Part shown: in pieces, positions 48,015-56,033 of the stretch
How the letters are laid out: the number at the start of each line of letters is the position of its first letter
Position numbering within the stretch: position 1 is the first letter of the stretch
Source: Halobacteroidaceae bacterium
Lineage (GTDB): Bacteria; Bacillota; Halanaerobiia; B1SED10-174
Assembly (NCBI GenBank): GCA_003554585.1
Contig: PWGV01000163.1
Location: forward strand, 6,071-70,070
DNA: 64,000 nt
Direction: 5' to 3'
The notes under the pieces: generated by a model
What the model saw: the letters and a program-made list of their open reading frames with translations, nothing else
Database searches by the model: none
Told to the model about the DNA's origin: nothing
Position numbers and translations under genes: made by a program

Positions 48015-48392
48015 ATGGCCAATCCGATAGTTGGAAAATGTCCGGTTTGTAATGAAGGAATGAATGTCACCAGGCTGGAGTGTCCCTACTGCCAGACTAA
48101 AGTGGAAGGAAAATTCGAGATATGCCGTTTCTGCCGGCTGGGAAAAGACCAGCTTCGTTTCGTGGAAGTATTTATAAAATCAAGAGGGAATATTAAAGAG
48201 GTAGAGAGGGAACTGGGAATATCCTATCCCACCGTCCGCTCAAAGCTGGATAATGTGATCAAAGCAATGGGATATGACGTCCAGACCGCTCCCGAGGATG
48301 AAACCGGTGCCAAGCGCCGTGATATACTGGAAATGCTGAACAAAGGGGAAATTACTTCAAAAGAAGCCGTAAAAATGCTTAAAGACCTTTAA
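48015..48392 (+). CDS. DUF2089-family zinc-ribbon/HTH protein with C-terminal SHOCT-like tail
   Basis: CPVCNEGM...CPYCQ ribbon, LRFVEVFIKSRGNIKEVERELGISYPTVRSKL HTH, and tail DILEMLNKGEITSKEAVKMLKDL. Confidence 0.8.
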   Translation: MANPIVGKCPVCNEGMNVTRLECPYCQTKVEGKFEICRFCRLGKDQLRFVEVFIKSRGNIKEVERELGISYPTVRSKLDNVIKAMGYDVQTAPEDETGAKRRDILEMLNKGEITSKEAVKMLKDL

Positions 48393-48415
48393 AATAATTA
48401 CTGGAGGTGTTTTTG

Positions 48416-48775
48416 ATGAGTGAAGAAAGAAAAAGGATTCTGGAGATGCTGGCCGAGGGAAAAGTCAGCCCCGAAGAAGCCGACGACCTTTTAAATACCC
48501 TGGAGAAAAGCGAATCCAAGGCGGTTCCGGAGAGAGCCCGGCGTCTTTTAAAGGTTAGAATCAGGGAGGCTGGAACCGAAAAAGTTAATATCACTTTGCC
48601 TCTTTCCCTGGCAAGGGTTGCCCTCAAATTTGTTCCGGCTGAGGCAAAAAAAGAGCTGGAAGAACAGGGAGTTGACATTGAGGACCTTTTGAGTTCGGTC
48701 AGCAACGAGCTTCAGGAAGGAAAACTGGTTGACATTAAAGATGGAGACGATAGCGTAGAAATTTATATTGAATAA
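48416..48775 (+). CDS. SHOCT-like domain protein, 119 aa
   Basis: MSEERKRILEMLAEGKVSPEEADDLLNTLE. ATG 48416 is 8 nt after a GGAGG RBS. Confidence 0.65.
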   Translation: MSEERKRILEMLAEGKVSPEEADDLLNTLEKSESKAVPERARRLLKVRIREAGTEKVNITLPLSLARVALKFVPAEAKKELEEQGVDIEDLLSSVSNELQEGKLVDIKDGDDSVEIYIE

Positions 48776-48788
48776 GAGGGGTGCTCTT

Positions 48789-49118
48789 ATGGCTGGTATT
48801 CCCTGGAGATATAATTCATTTTGCCTCATTAGTTTTAAGAAGGGAAGGCGAAGGTTTTCCATCCCCATCCCTCTTTCTCTTGCCCAGGATTTTGTTGAAG
48901 CTATCTGCTGGGTTTTATACTGGGTAATCAGGCTATCTTCGAACACAAAAATCCAGGCTAAAATTAACAGGAAATTACCCTTCAAGCTAAAATCCCGGGA
49001 AATACTGAGAATTTTAAAGTTGCCCCACTGGTTTTTTACCGAATTAAGATTTTGCGGTTCTCTGGTTCTGGTCAGGGTCAAGGACGAGGATTTTTTTATG
49101 GAAATTCGTCTTATTTAG
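48789..49118 (+). CDS. Hypothetical small protein, partial paralogue of the preceding gene's C-terminal half
   Basis: RRRFSIPIPLSLAQDFV...VLVRVKDEDFFMEIRLI parallels RRLLKVRI...NITLPLSLARVAL...LVDIKDGDDSVEIYIE. An AAGAGGGG RBS precedes the start. Confidence 0.45.
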   Translation: MAGIPWRYNSFCLISFKKGRRRFSIPIPLSLAQDFVEAICWVLYWVIRLSSNTKIQAKINRKLPFKLKSREILRILKLPHWFFTELRFCGSLVLVRVKDEDFFMEIRLI

Positions 49119-49129
49119 GGGGGAGAAAA

Positions 49130-50260
49130 ATGAGTTCCAAGCAGGATGAAAAATTGATGATTTTAAAAATGCTGGACGAGGGAAAGATTACCCTCGAAGA
49201 GGCCAATGAGTTACTGGAGGCTCTTTATGCAAGGAGCGAGGATTTATCTGAAGAGGAAGACTTCTCCAGGGACTTTAAAAAGGGTCTGCAGGGATTAAAA
49301 GATGGAATGGAAAAAGGTATTTCTGAAGCTAGGGACGGGCTGCAAAAAGGAAGAACCGAAATTGAAAATGAAACAGAAGGCCTGGGAACATTTCTTAAAA
49401 GTATTTTTGGTTCTTTTTCGACCGGTATTGTTGGCAGTGGATATGGCTTTACAGACAGGGAAACAGGTTCTTTCACCGCGGAAAATGTCGAGATTGCCCT
49501 GGATACACGAAATGGAAATATTGAAATTACTGAAGCTACGGGAGATCAATTTGAACTGGAAATAAATTCCCGGGTTCGAGCAGAAAATGAAGAAAAAGCG
49601 AAAAACAAAAAAACCCGGGGGATGGAAATCCAGAAAGAAGGCAACCGCCTCTATTTCCGGGTGACAGAGAGGGAAATTGTTGCCAATGTCCGGCTCAGCC
49701 TGCCCAAAAAACACCTGTACAATCTACATCTGGATACCAGCAATGGCCGCGTCGAGGTCTCCGGTCTTCAGGCTGACAAGATTGAAGCTGATACTTCCAA
49801 CGGCAGAATTGTTTTCCGGGATATGTCCGGGAAGATTTTCCGGGCTGATACCTCCAATGGCCGGGTCGAGATGAAAAATGTTAAAGGTGGCGAATTTATT
49901 GCAGACACTTCTAATGGAAGCATCTATATCCAGGGAGAGGGCCAGCTTTTCAATGGAGATACCTCCAATGGCAGCATTACTATTGAACCCAAATTTAAAG
50001 CTGATGGGGAAATTAAAGCTGATACTTCTAACGGGCGAATCAAGCTACACCTGCCCCGGGAAGAAGATATTGGCTACAGCCTGGAGGCAAGTACCTCCAT
50101 GGGAAGCTTAAATATTGAACTTCCGGAAATAGAGTACAGCGAAAAACAGGAAAGCTATTCCAGGAAGAAAGCAGTCGGGAAAACCCGCGGTTATCAGGAG
50201 AAACCGATTAAAGTTGAGATTGAAGCAAGCACTTCCATGGGGAGCCTTTACCTGGGCTGA
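49130..50260 (+). CDS. LiaX/YvlB-like protein: N-terminal SHOCT-like helix plus DUF4097 beta-repeat domain
   Basis: KLMILKMLDEGKITLEEANELLEAL, followed by at least 7 repeats of (A/G)DTSNG(R/S)I. Confidence 0.8.
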   Translation: MSSKQDEKLMILKMLDEGKITLEEANELLEALYARSEDLSEEEDFSRDFKKGLQGLKDGMEKGISEARDGLQKGRTEIENETEGLGTFLKSIFGSFSTGIVGSGYGFTDRETGSFTAENVEIALDTRNGNIEITEATGDQFELEINSRVRAENEEKAKNKKTRGMEIQKEGNRLYFRVTEREIVANVRLSLPKKHLYNLHLDTSNGRVEVSGLQADKIEADTSNGRIVFRDMSGKIFRADTSNGRVEMKNVKGGEFIADTSNGSIYIQGEGQLFNGDTSNGSITIEPKFKADGEIKADTSNGRIKLHLPREEDIGYSLEASTSMGSLNIELPEIEYSEKQESYSRKKAVGKTRGYQEKPIKVEIEASTSMGSLYLG

Positions 50261-50281
50261 TTTTAAAAAAGGAGAGAAAAA

Positions 50282-51175
50282 ATGAAAAGAAAAATTTTGC
50301 CTCTTATTTTTTTTGTTTTAGTGCTTGCTGTCTCCTTGACAGGTTGCTATGACAATGGCTATGTTTTAAGGCAAGACATAAGCGGGGAACTTGTTCCAAC
50401 CCGGGCCCAATGGGCGGAGCTGGACTTTTTCAGCCGCAATGGTTCGGTTACCATCAAACCTGTCGCGGGAGCAGAGTTTAAGGTGGAAATGGAAATGCGG
50501 GTTCGGACTGTAACCCGATCCGAAGCAAAAAAAGCAGTAGAGGAAAATGTAATTATTGAAAATCAGATGGGTTTTTTAAGAATTGGTGTTGATGATTCCA
50601 GGATAAGTGCTCGAATAGTTGCGGAAGTTCCCAGGGATCTTTATTATGATTTAACTGTAAGAACTTCCAACGGGAGCATTACAGTTGAAGAATTGGAACT
50701 GGGAGAGGTCCGACTGCGGTCTTCTAATGGGAGTTTAAATCTGACCAATATTAATTTTGATTATTTAGACGGGATTACTTCTAATGGTTCGGTTCGAACC
50801 GCTGGCATTTTTGGGGACAGACTTCAATTGGAGACTTCGAATGGAAGTGTAAATCTGGAAGGAGCCGCAAGAGAATTTGAGATACGGACTTCAAATTCTC
50901 GCATGGTTTTGGAACCGGAGTTTTTATCTGACCGGCCGGAAATGCTGGCTCGAACTTCCAACGGAAATATTACCCTGACTTTGCCTCTGGAGAGAAATAC
51001 AGGATTTGAAATCCAGGGTCAAACCTCAAATGGAACTTTCAATTACAATGATTTATCCCAGGTGGTCCCGCTTCGGGATGGTTTAATTCAGACTCAGGAT
51101 TTCTCAAATATGCGTGTGCAGGTTAAAATTGACCTCAGCACTTCCAACGGAAATATTGAGGTTAAGGAGAGATAA
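50282..51175 (+). CDS. Lipoprotein with DUF4097 beta-repeat domain
   Basis: Lipobox LAVSLTGC, and repeated (R/T)(T/S)SNGS(I/V/L) units. Confidence 0.8.
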   Translation: MKRKILPLIFFVLVLAVSLTGCYDNGYVLRQDISGELVPTRAQWAELDFFSRNGSVTIKPVAGAEFKVEMEMRVRTVTRSEAKKAVEENVIIENQMGFLRIGVDDSRISARIVAEVPRDLYYDLTVRTSNGSITVEELELGEVRLRSSNGSLNLTNINFDYLDGITSNGSVRTAGIFGDRLQLETSNGSVNLEGAAREFEIRTSNSRMVLEPEFLSDRPEMLARTSNGNITLTLPLERNTGFEIQGQTSNGTFNYNDLSQVVPLRDGLIQTQDFSNMRVQVKIDLSTSNGNIEVKER

Positions 51176-51193
51176 TAAGAAAGGAGGTTTCCA

Positions 51194-51565
51194 ATGTTCT
51201 GGGATCGTAAGAGCTTTCTTTTCCGCTGGATTCTTAACGCGGTCTTATTATATATTGTCGCCGGTCTTTTGGGAGGGCTTTCCATTACCGGTTTCTGGGC
51301 TGTGGTTGCTGCAGGGCTTGTTCTGGGACTGGCAAATGCAATAATAAGGCCGGTCCTGATTATCGTTTCTTTACCGCTAAATCTTTTAACTCTTGGTTTA
51401 TTTACCTTTGTGGTTAATGCCCTGATGATCATGCTTACCGGGCGAATAGTCGGAGGTTTCTACGTTGCAGGTTTCTGGCCTGCAGTCTGGGCAGCAGTAT
51501 TAATGGCGATTTTCGGTGGGATAATCAGCGGCCTGGTCTATGATCGAAAAGAGTACAGAAGGTAG
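51194..51565 (+). CDS. DUF360 / phage-holin-family-IV-like membrane protein (YvlD/LiaZ-like)
   Basis: Four TM segments and the motif GLANAIIRPVLIIVSLPLNLLTLGLFTFVVNALMIMLT. Confidence 0.8.
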   Translation: MFWDRKSFLFRWILNAVLLYIVAGLLGGLSITGFWAVVAAGLVLGLANAIIRPVLIIVSLPLNLLTLGLFTFVVNALMIMLTGRIVGGFYVAGFWPAVWAAVLMAIFGGIISGLVYDRKEYRR

Positions 51566-51637
51566 TGTAATCTAGATTACGGTAATTTGCCTTTATTTAT
51601 ATTATTTTAGGGGGAGAATAAATAGGGAGGTGAGGAC

Positions 51638-51808
51638 TTGACCCACGTAATTTCTGATGAATGCATTCTTTGCGGTGCCTGTGTTGACGAATGTCCAGTT
51701 GATGCGATCAGTGAAGGAGAGGAAAAGTACCATATCGATCCTGAAACCTGTATTGATTGCGAGGCCTGTGTGGACGCCTGTCCTGTAGAGGCGATCAGCG
51801 CCGAATAG
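51638..51808 (+). CDS. 2x[4Fe-4S] clostridial-type ferredoxin (56 aa, absent from the supplied ORF track)
   Basis: My own translation gives LTHVISDECILCGACVDECPVDAISEGEEKYHIDPETCIDCEACVDACPVEAISAE, which carries two CxxCxxCxxxCP motifs. TTG start after a GGGAGGTGAGG RBS, with a strong terminator following. The listed antisense ORF 51602-51877 is a shadow. Confidence 0.8.
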   Translation: MTHVISDECILCGACVDECPVDAISEGEEKYHIDPETCIDCEACVDACPVEAISAE

Positions 51809-51817
51809 GTCTATTAA

Positions 51818-51848
51818 ATACATCCCCACTGGGGGATGTATTTTTTTT
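51818..51848 (+). terminator. Intrinsic terminator after the ferredoxin gene
   Basis: ATACATCCCC-actg-GGGGATGTAT followed by T8. Confidence 0.8.
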
Positions 51849-51927
51849 CGCATATTTAAGGGAGGAGCGATTTGCACTACATATGGTTGGCAAATCCTGG
51901 TTATAGAATTTTTCCATCCTTTTGCCC

Positions 51928-51956
51928 TTGAAAAATTACCTCTCCTGTGTTATATT
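51928..51956 (+). promoter_or_regulatory. Promoter with extended -10 upstream of the methyltransferase gene
   Basis: TTGAAA (51928-51933), 17-nt spacer, TGtTATATT (51948-51956). Confidence 0.5.
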
Positions 51957-51988
51957 TTATTCTTGTGGAAACAAGGAGGGAAAACAAA

Positions 51989-52651
51989 ATGGAAATTTCC
52001 AACTGGGATATTTTCTGGGCCGGAAGCGAGGAAAAAGATTACTGGAAAGAGCCGGATCCATTTGTCCTGGAATTAATTGATAGCTACCCCCAGGAAAAAT
52101 TTCCCCGGGTTTTGGACCTGGGCTGTGGAATGGGTCGACATGCCCTGGCTTTTGCCCGGCATGGTTACGAGGTAACAGCAGCTGATTCTTCCCGGCAAGC
52201 CCTTGATCATGTTGAAGAAAGGGCGAAAAAAAGAGAGCTTAAAGTGACCAATGTTTTGGGAGATTACAGAAGCCCCCTTTTTGCCGAGGGAAGTTATGAT
52301 ATTGTTATATGCTACAATGTACTATACCACTGCCTCAGGGAAGAGATGGTCCGGGCGATTAATCTCTGCCAGAAGTACCTTAAGCCAGGGGGGGTTTTGT
52401 TTTTTACCTGCCCCACCAGGGATGATGGTAAATATGGAGATGGTGAAAAGATAGCTCCCCATACTTTTCTGAGCGAGAACTCCACCCATCCCGGGGCCCT
52501 GCATTATTTCTCGAATTCGGAAGATATAGACTGTTTTTGCACGGGCTTTGAGGTTTTGAGTAAGAAGAAAAGGGAATATTACTGGAAGCAGGACGGAGTA
52601 GTAAATTTCAGCTCTTACTGGCAGTTGACAGCCCAAAAAATTGAAGCTTAA
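51989..52651 (+). CDS. Class I SAM-dependent methyltransferase
   Basis: VLDLGCGMGRHALAFARHGYEVTAADSS. ATG 51989 lies behind an AAGGAGGG RBS. Confidence 0.8.
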   Translation: MEISNWDIFWAGSEEKDYWKEPDPFVLELIDSYPQEKFPRVLDLGCGMGRHALAFARHGYEVTAADSSRQALDHVEERAKKRELKVTNVLGDYRSPLFAEGSYDIVICYNVLYHCLREEMVRAINLCQKYLKPGGVLFFTCPTRDDGKYGDGEKIAPHTFLSENSTHPGALHYFSNSEDIDCFCTGFEVLSKKKREYYWKQDGVVNFSSYWQLTAQKIEA

Positions 52652-52654
52652 ATA

Positions 52655-52686
52655 AATAAGGCCAATCCTTAAGGATTGGCCTTATT
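52655..52686. terminator. Bidirectional intrinsic terminator between convergent genes
   Basis: Perfect 14-bp stem AATAAGGCCAATCC-ttaa-GGATTGGCCTTATT, with T-rich and A-rich flanks. Confidence 0.85.
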
Positions 52687-52692
52687 TTCCAA

Positions 52693-53847
52693 TTATTTGT
52701 TTTGTTCTTTTAGTTGTTGCGCAAATGAAACTGCGAGGTTAGTATTAAATTTAAATTCAGAAAAAGCTCTATCCAGGGCCGTAAGGGTCCTGAAAATTCT
52801 CCCTGAATCGGAATTGTAACCCATATGGCCCAAACGCCAGATTAAACCATCCAGAGGGCCCAGGCTGCCTCCGATTTGAACCCGGTACTGTTCCCAGAGG
52901 TGTTGCCGGAAGGAGTTATCTGAGATTCCGCCTGGGATAAAAAAGGCGCTTACGGTGCTGGCGAAATTGCTCAGCGGATAGAGCTCCAAGCCGTTAGTTA
53001 ATAGACTCCCCCGGACTGCTGCTGCAAGCTGTTCGTGGTTTTCAAGGACCCAGGGCCAGTTTTCAAGGGCAATTTCACAGGCCACACCAAGGGCCGCGAT
53101 ATCTGGGGCTGGCTGGGTGTAGGGGAAAGTTCCCTTTTTAAGCCAGGTATCCTGCCACACTTTTAAATTTAAGTAGAACCCCCGAAAGGGTTCTTTTCTT
53201 TTTTCGATTTTTTCCCAGGCTCGCGGGCTCAGGGAGAGAAAGGATAATCCTGGAGGAGCAGAGAGGGCTTTCTGGCTGCCTCCCAAAATTACGTCCATCT
53301 TGTTTTGATCAGCATTAACCCGGTCTCCACCAATTGAAGCAACTGCATCAACAATGGAAATTATTCCTTTTTCGGAAAGATAAGGGCAGATCTCTTCCAG
53401 TGGATTGAGAATCCCCGTTGGGGTTTCACAGTGAACCATTGTTGCCAGATTAATCCCGGGGTTTTGTCCTAAGATTTCATCGAGGTCATCCACAGTTATG
53501 GGTTTTCTCCAATCTTTTTCCACGAGGATTGGTTTTCCCCCATAACTTTGCACAAAATCTGCTAATCCTTTTCCGAAAAGACCGTTGGCCAGGCAGAGAA
53601 CCTTTTCGCCAGGTTCAACCAGGCTGGCAATGGAAGCTTCAAGTCCCAGCATTCCCTCGCCGGCCAGGATAAGGACGGGGTTTTGGGTGCCCATAATCCT
53701 TCCCAATTTCGCAGCTGTTTCGCTGTATATTTCTGTAAACCTGGAGTCAAAATCAGGGTTCAACCGGCAACCGGCCATCGCCTCCTGGACCCGGGGATCT
53801 GTTGCAGTGGGTCCAGGGGTAAAAATTAAATCTTCCTGGTAATGCAT
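52693..53847 (-). CDS. Class V aminotransferase (AGXT / serine-pyruvate / PucG-like family)
   Basis: LIFTPGPT N-terminus and the PLP lysine context GGSQKALSAPPGLS. ATG 53847 lies behind an AAAGGAGGA RBS, 13 nt after the mobB-like stop. Confidence 0.85.
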   Translation of the reverse strand: MHYQEDLIFTPGPTATDPRVQEAMAGCRLNPDFDSRFTEIYSETAAKLGRIMGTQNPVLILAGEGMLGLEASIASLVEPGEKVLCLANGLFGKGLADFVQSYGGKPILVEKDWRKPITVDDLDEILGQNPGINLATMVHCETPTGILNPLEEICPYLSEKGIISIVDAVASIGGDRVNADQNKMDVILGGSQKALSAPPGLSFLSLSPRAWEKIEKRKEPFRGFYLNLKVWQDTWLKKGTFPYTQPAPDIAALGVACEIALENWPWVLENHEQLAAAVRGSLLTNGLELYPLSNFASTVSAFFIPGGISDNSFRQHLWEQYRVQIGGSLGPLDGLIWRLGHMGYNSDSGRIFRTLTALDRAFSEFKFNTNLAVSFAQQLKEQNK

Positions 53848-53860
53848 GGTATTTCCTCCT

Positions 53861-54622
53861 TTAGGAATCGGGGGATATTTCAATTTTTATTTCCTGGTGG
53901 GGTTTATAACCCTCCAGGGTTTGCAGATAACCTTTAATAATTCCGGCCAGGGCTTCCTGGACAAATGGAACCATGGGAAGTTCCTTTCCGCCAATACTTA
54001 CTTTCACCCGGCCATCCTGGATTACACACTCGCTGGCCTGGCCCTTATCCCTCAGGATATCCGCGAGGAGTTCACGGCAGGACCTGCCGCAGGCCTCACA
54101 GCACTCGGGAGGGAAGTCAGGAAGTAGAGGAGGTGTTTTTTCCAGGATCAGGGCGGCCAGTTCCCGAAACTTTTTCCGGGCATCGAAAAGCGGAGGGTAA
54201 TCGAAAGGGAGCTTGTTTTCACCCTGGGAAGATATCAGGCCTGAAATTGCAACAGTTCGGGGGTTTTTTAATTCTTCCACATCACCGGTGTTTCTGGCGC
54301 AGAGGATCTGGGGAACATTTAGTTCCCGGTCCCCCTCGATAATTACAATGTCGTGGTGATAAAAAGATAGGATTTCCTGCAGGGGTAGCTGGTAGGGGAA
54401 AATAATATTGGTCTCAAAAAGCCCCCGGCCGGTAACAAGTTCGGCCCCGGCTTCCCTATGACGGTGAGTATTTGACCCGGGTGTCTCCATGGAGAATTTC
54501 TCATAATGAATGTCCTTAATGGAACCCACGCTTAAATTGCGGTGTTTGAATTCCCGGATTAAATTTTCCACCGTTGTTGTTTTTCCAGAACCGCTTATTC
54601 CTATTACTGAAATAACTTTCAT
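53861..54622 (-). CDS. MobB-like P-loop NTPase with Cys-rich C-terminal extension
   Basis: [22 protein letters not shown] (MobB-type Walker A) and DIVIIEGD. There is an extra ~90-aa C-terminus containing PPECCEACGRSC. TAATG overlap with ecfT. Confidence 0.65.
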   Translation of the reverse strand: MKVISVIGISGSGKTTTVENLIREFKHRNLSVGSIKDIHYEKFSMETPGSNTHRHREAGAELVTGRGLFETNIIFPYQLPLQEILSFYHHDIVIIEGDRELNVPQILCARNTGDVEELKNPRTVAISGLISSQGENKLPFDYPPLFDARKKFRELAALILEKTPPLLPDFPPECCEACGRSCRELLADILRDKGQASECVIQDGRVKVSIGGKELPMVPFVQEALAGIIKGYLQTLEGYKPHQEIKIEISPDS

Positions 54623-55362
54623 TAAATCAACCCTTTCAGGTGAAGTGTAACCATGATTAAGCCTCCGGTAAGGCTGAGGATAATTGTGGTGTAATCTCCT
54701 TTCTTGAGCTTAAGAGAATGGAGAAAAGTCCTCCGGGGATAGGACCGGAAGGCCCGGGCTTCCATGGCCAGGGCAATTTGTTTGGAACGGAGAATGGCCA
54801 TGGTTACAAGGGGTAAAAAAAGGCTTTTATAAATCTTCAACTGCTGGGACCAGGGCATTCTTTTGAGGTCAACTCCTCTCAGCTGGAGGGCGGTAAAGAC
54901 ATCATTTGCTTCTTCCCGCAAAAGGGGCAGAAACCTGATGCCCAGGGATACCATGTAGGCAAGTTCATAGGGTAAAGACCAGGCTACAAGGCCCTGGACA
55001 AAACGGCCGGGAGGTGAACTTGCCAGAATTAACCCACAGCAGAGGATAATGAAAAGCCGGAGAACAAGACTTGTTCCCTGGAGAATCCCCTCCAGGGTTA
55101 CAAGGGAGTACTCGCCTACTGTAATTAAGGTGGTGGTCCCGGGGTAGAAAACTGCCTGGATCAAGACAAGCCCCCCCAGGATTATCACCAAACGGCGCAT
55201 TCTCCTGGCAATTTTCAGCGGGTTGCAGTTAAATAAGGGGAGGAGAACCAGGGCCAGGAAAAGGATTGGAACCAGGTAAATGGGGTGGTTAAAAATAACG
55301 GCAAGGGTCGCCAGAACTCCACTTAAAACAAATTTACTTCGGGGGTCTAGTTCTTTCAGCAT
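54622..55362 (-). CDS. ecfT: ECF transporter transmembrane T component (CbiQ/EcfT family)
   Basis: Multi-TM protein carrying the two Ala-Arg-Gly-type coupling helices (ALQLRGVDL and LAMEARAFRS). Confidence 0.85.
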   Translation of the reverse strand: MLKELDPRSKFVLSGVLATLAVIFNHPIYLVPILFLALVLLPLFNCNPLKIARRMRRLVIILGGLVLIQAVFYPGTTTLITVGEYSLVTLEGILQGTSLVLRLFIILCCGLILASSPPGRFVQGLVAWSLPYELAYMVSLGIRFLPLLREEANDVFTALQLRGVDLKRMPWSQQLKIYKSLFLPLVTMAILRSKQIALAMEARAFRSYPRRTFLHSLKLKKGDYTTIILSLTGGLIMVTLHLKGLI

Positions 55363-56033
55363 TGGACCACCCCTTCCATGAGCTGGCCTTTTTTTAATTC
55401 TCGGACGCAGCTGGCCAGTTTTCCGGCAAACTGGTGGTCGTGGCTGATAAGAAGTATTCCCCGGTTTTTTTGTAGCAGTTTATGGAGGTAAAAATAGAGT
55501 TCTTCTTTGCGCCGGGGATCCAGGCCTGTTGTTGGTTCATCGAGGATGAAAAAGGGTGGGTCTAAAGCCATAATTGCTGCTAAAGCAAGGCGCTGTCTTT
55601 CCCCCTGGCTCAGGGTGAAGGGGAATTTTTCCCGCAGGCGGTCAAGGTCAAAAAATTTAAGAAGTTCGGTTACTTTTTCCCGGTTTTCCTCGGAATTTTT
55701 ATTTCGAAACTGAAGGGCAAATCCCACTTCTTCTTCAACACTGGAACAGAATAACTGGCGGTTGGGGTTTTGAAACAAATAACCCACACGCTCCCCGATT
55801 TTTGCCAGGGACAGACTTTCGAGTTTTTGCCCGTCAACGGAAATCTGTCCCTTTTCGGGCTTGATAATCCCAATCAGGATTTTGCTCAGGGTTGTTTTTC
55901 CCGACCCGTTGGCTCCCAGGAGAGCAAGGCATTCTCCGCTGTGCAGTTCAAGGTTAATATTTTCCAGCAGAAAAGGCTGATCTTTTTGATACCGGAAATA
56001 AAGGTTTTTAGCGATTAAAGCCATTGCATTCAA
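55356..56033 (-). CDS. ECF/ABC transporter ATP-binding protein (A' component)
   Basis: GANGSGKTT, LSQGERQRLALA and [10 protein letters not shown]. Confidence 0.9.
   Translation of the reverse strand: MNAMALIAKNLYFRYQKDQPFLLENINLELHSGECLALLGANGSGKTTLSKILIGIIKPEKGQISVDGQKLESLSLAKIGERVGYLFQNPNRQLFCSSVEEEVGFALQFRNKNSEENREKVTELLKFFDLDRLREKFPFTLSQGERQRLALAAIMALDPPFFILDEPTTGLDPRRKEELYFYLHKLLQKNRGILLISHDHQFAGKLASCVRELKKGQLMEGVVQC

Noticed and set aside
49700-50100. Periodic DNA repeats (GATAC[CT]TCCAA[CT]GGC...) that could suggest a repeat array.
   Set aside because: They lie in frame within a coding sequence and encode the DTSNG(R/S)I beta-repeat of DUF4097. There are no unique spacers or CRISPR-like architecture.
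51567-51582. Perfect palindrome GTAATCTAGATTAC after the DUF360 gene as a terminator.
   Set aside because: The stem is AT-rich and short with essentially no loop, and no T-run follows. It could be a protein-binding site, but there is no supporting context.
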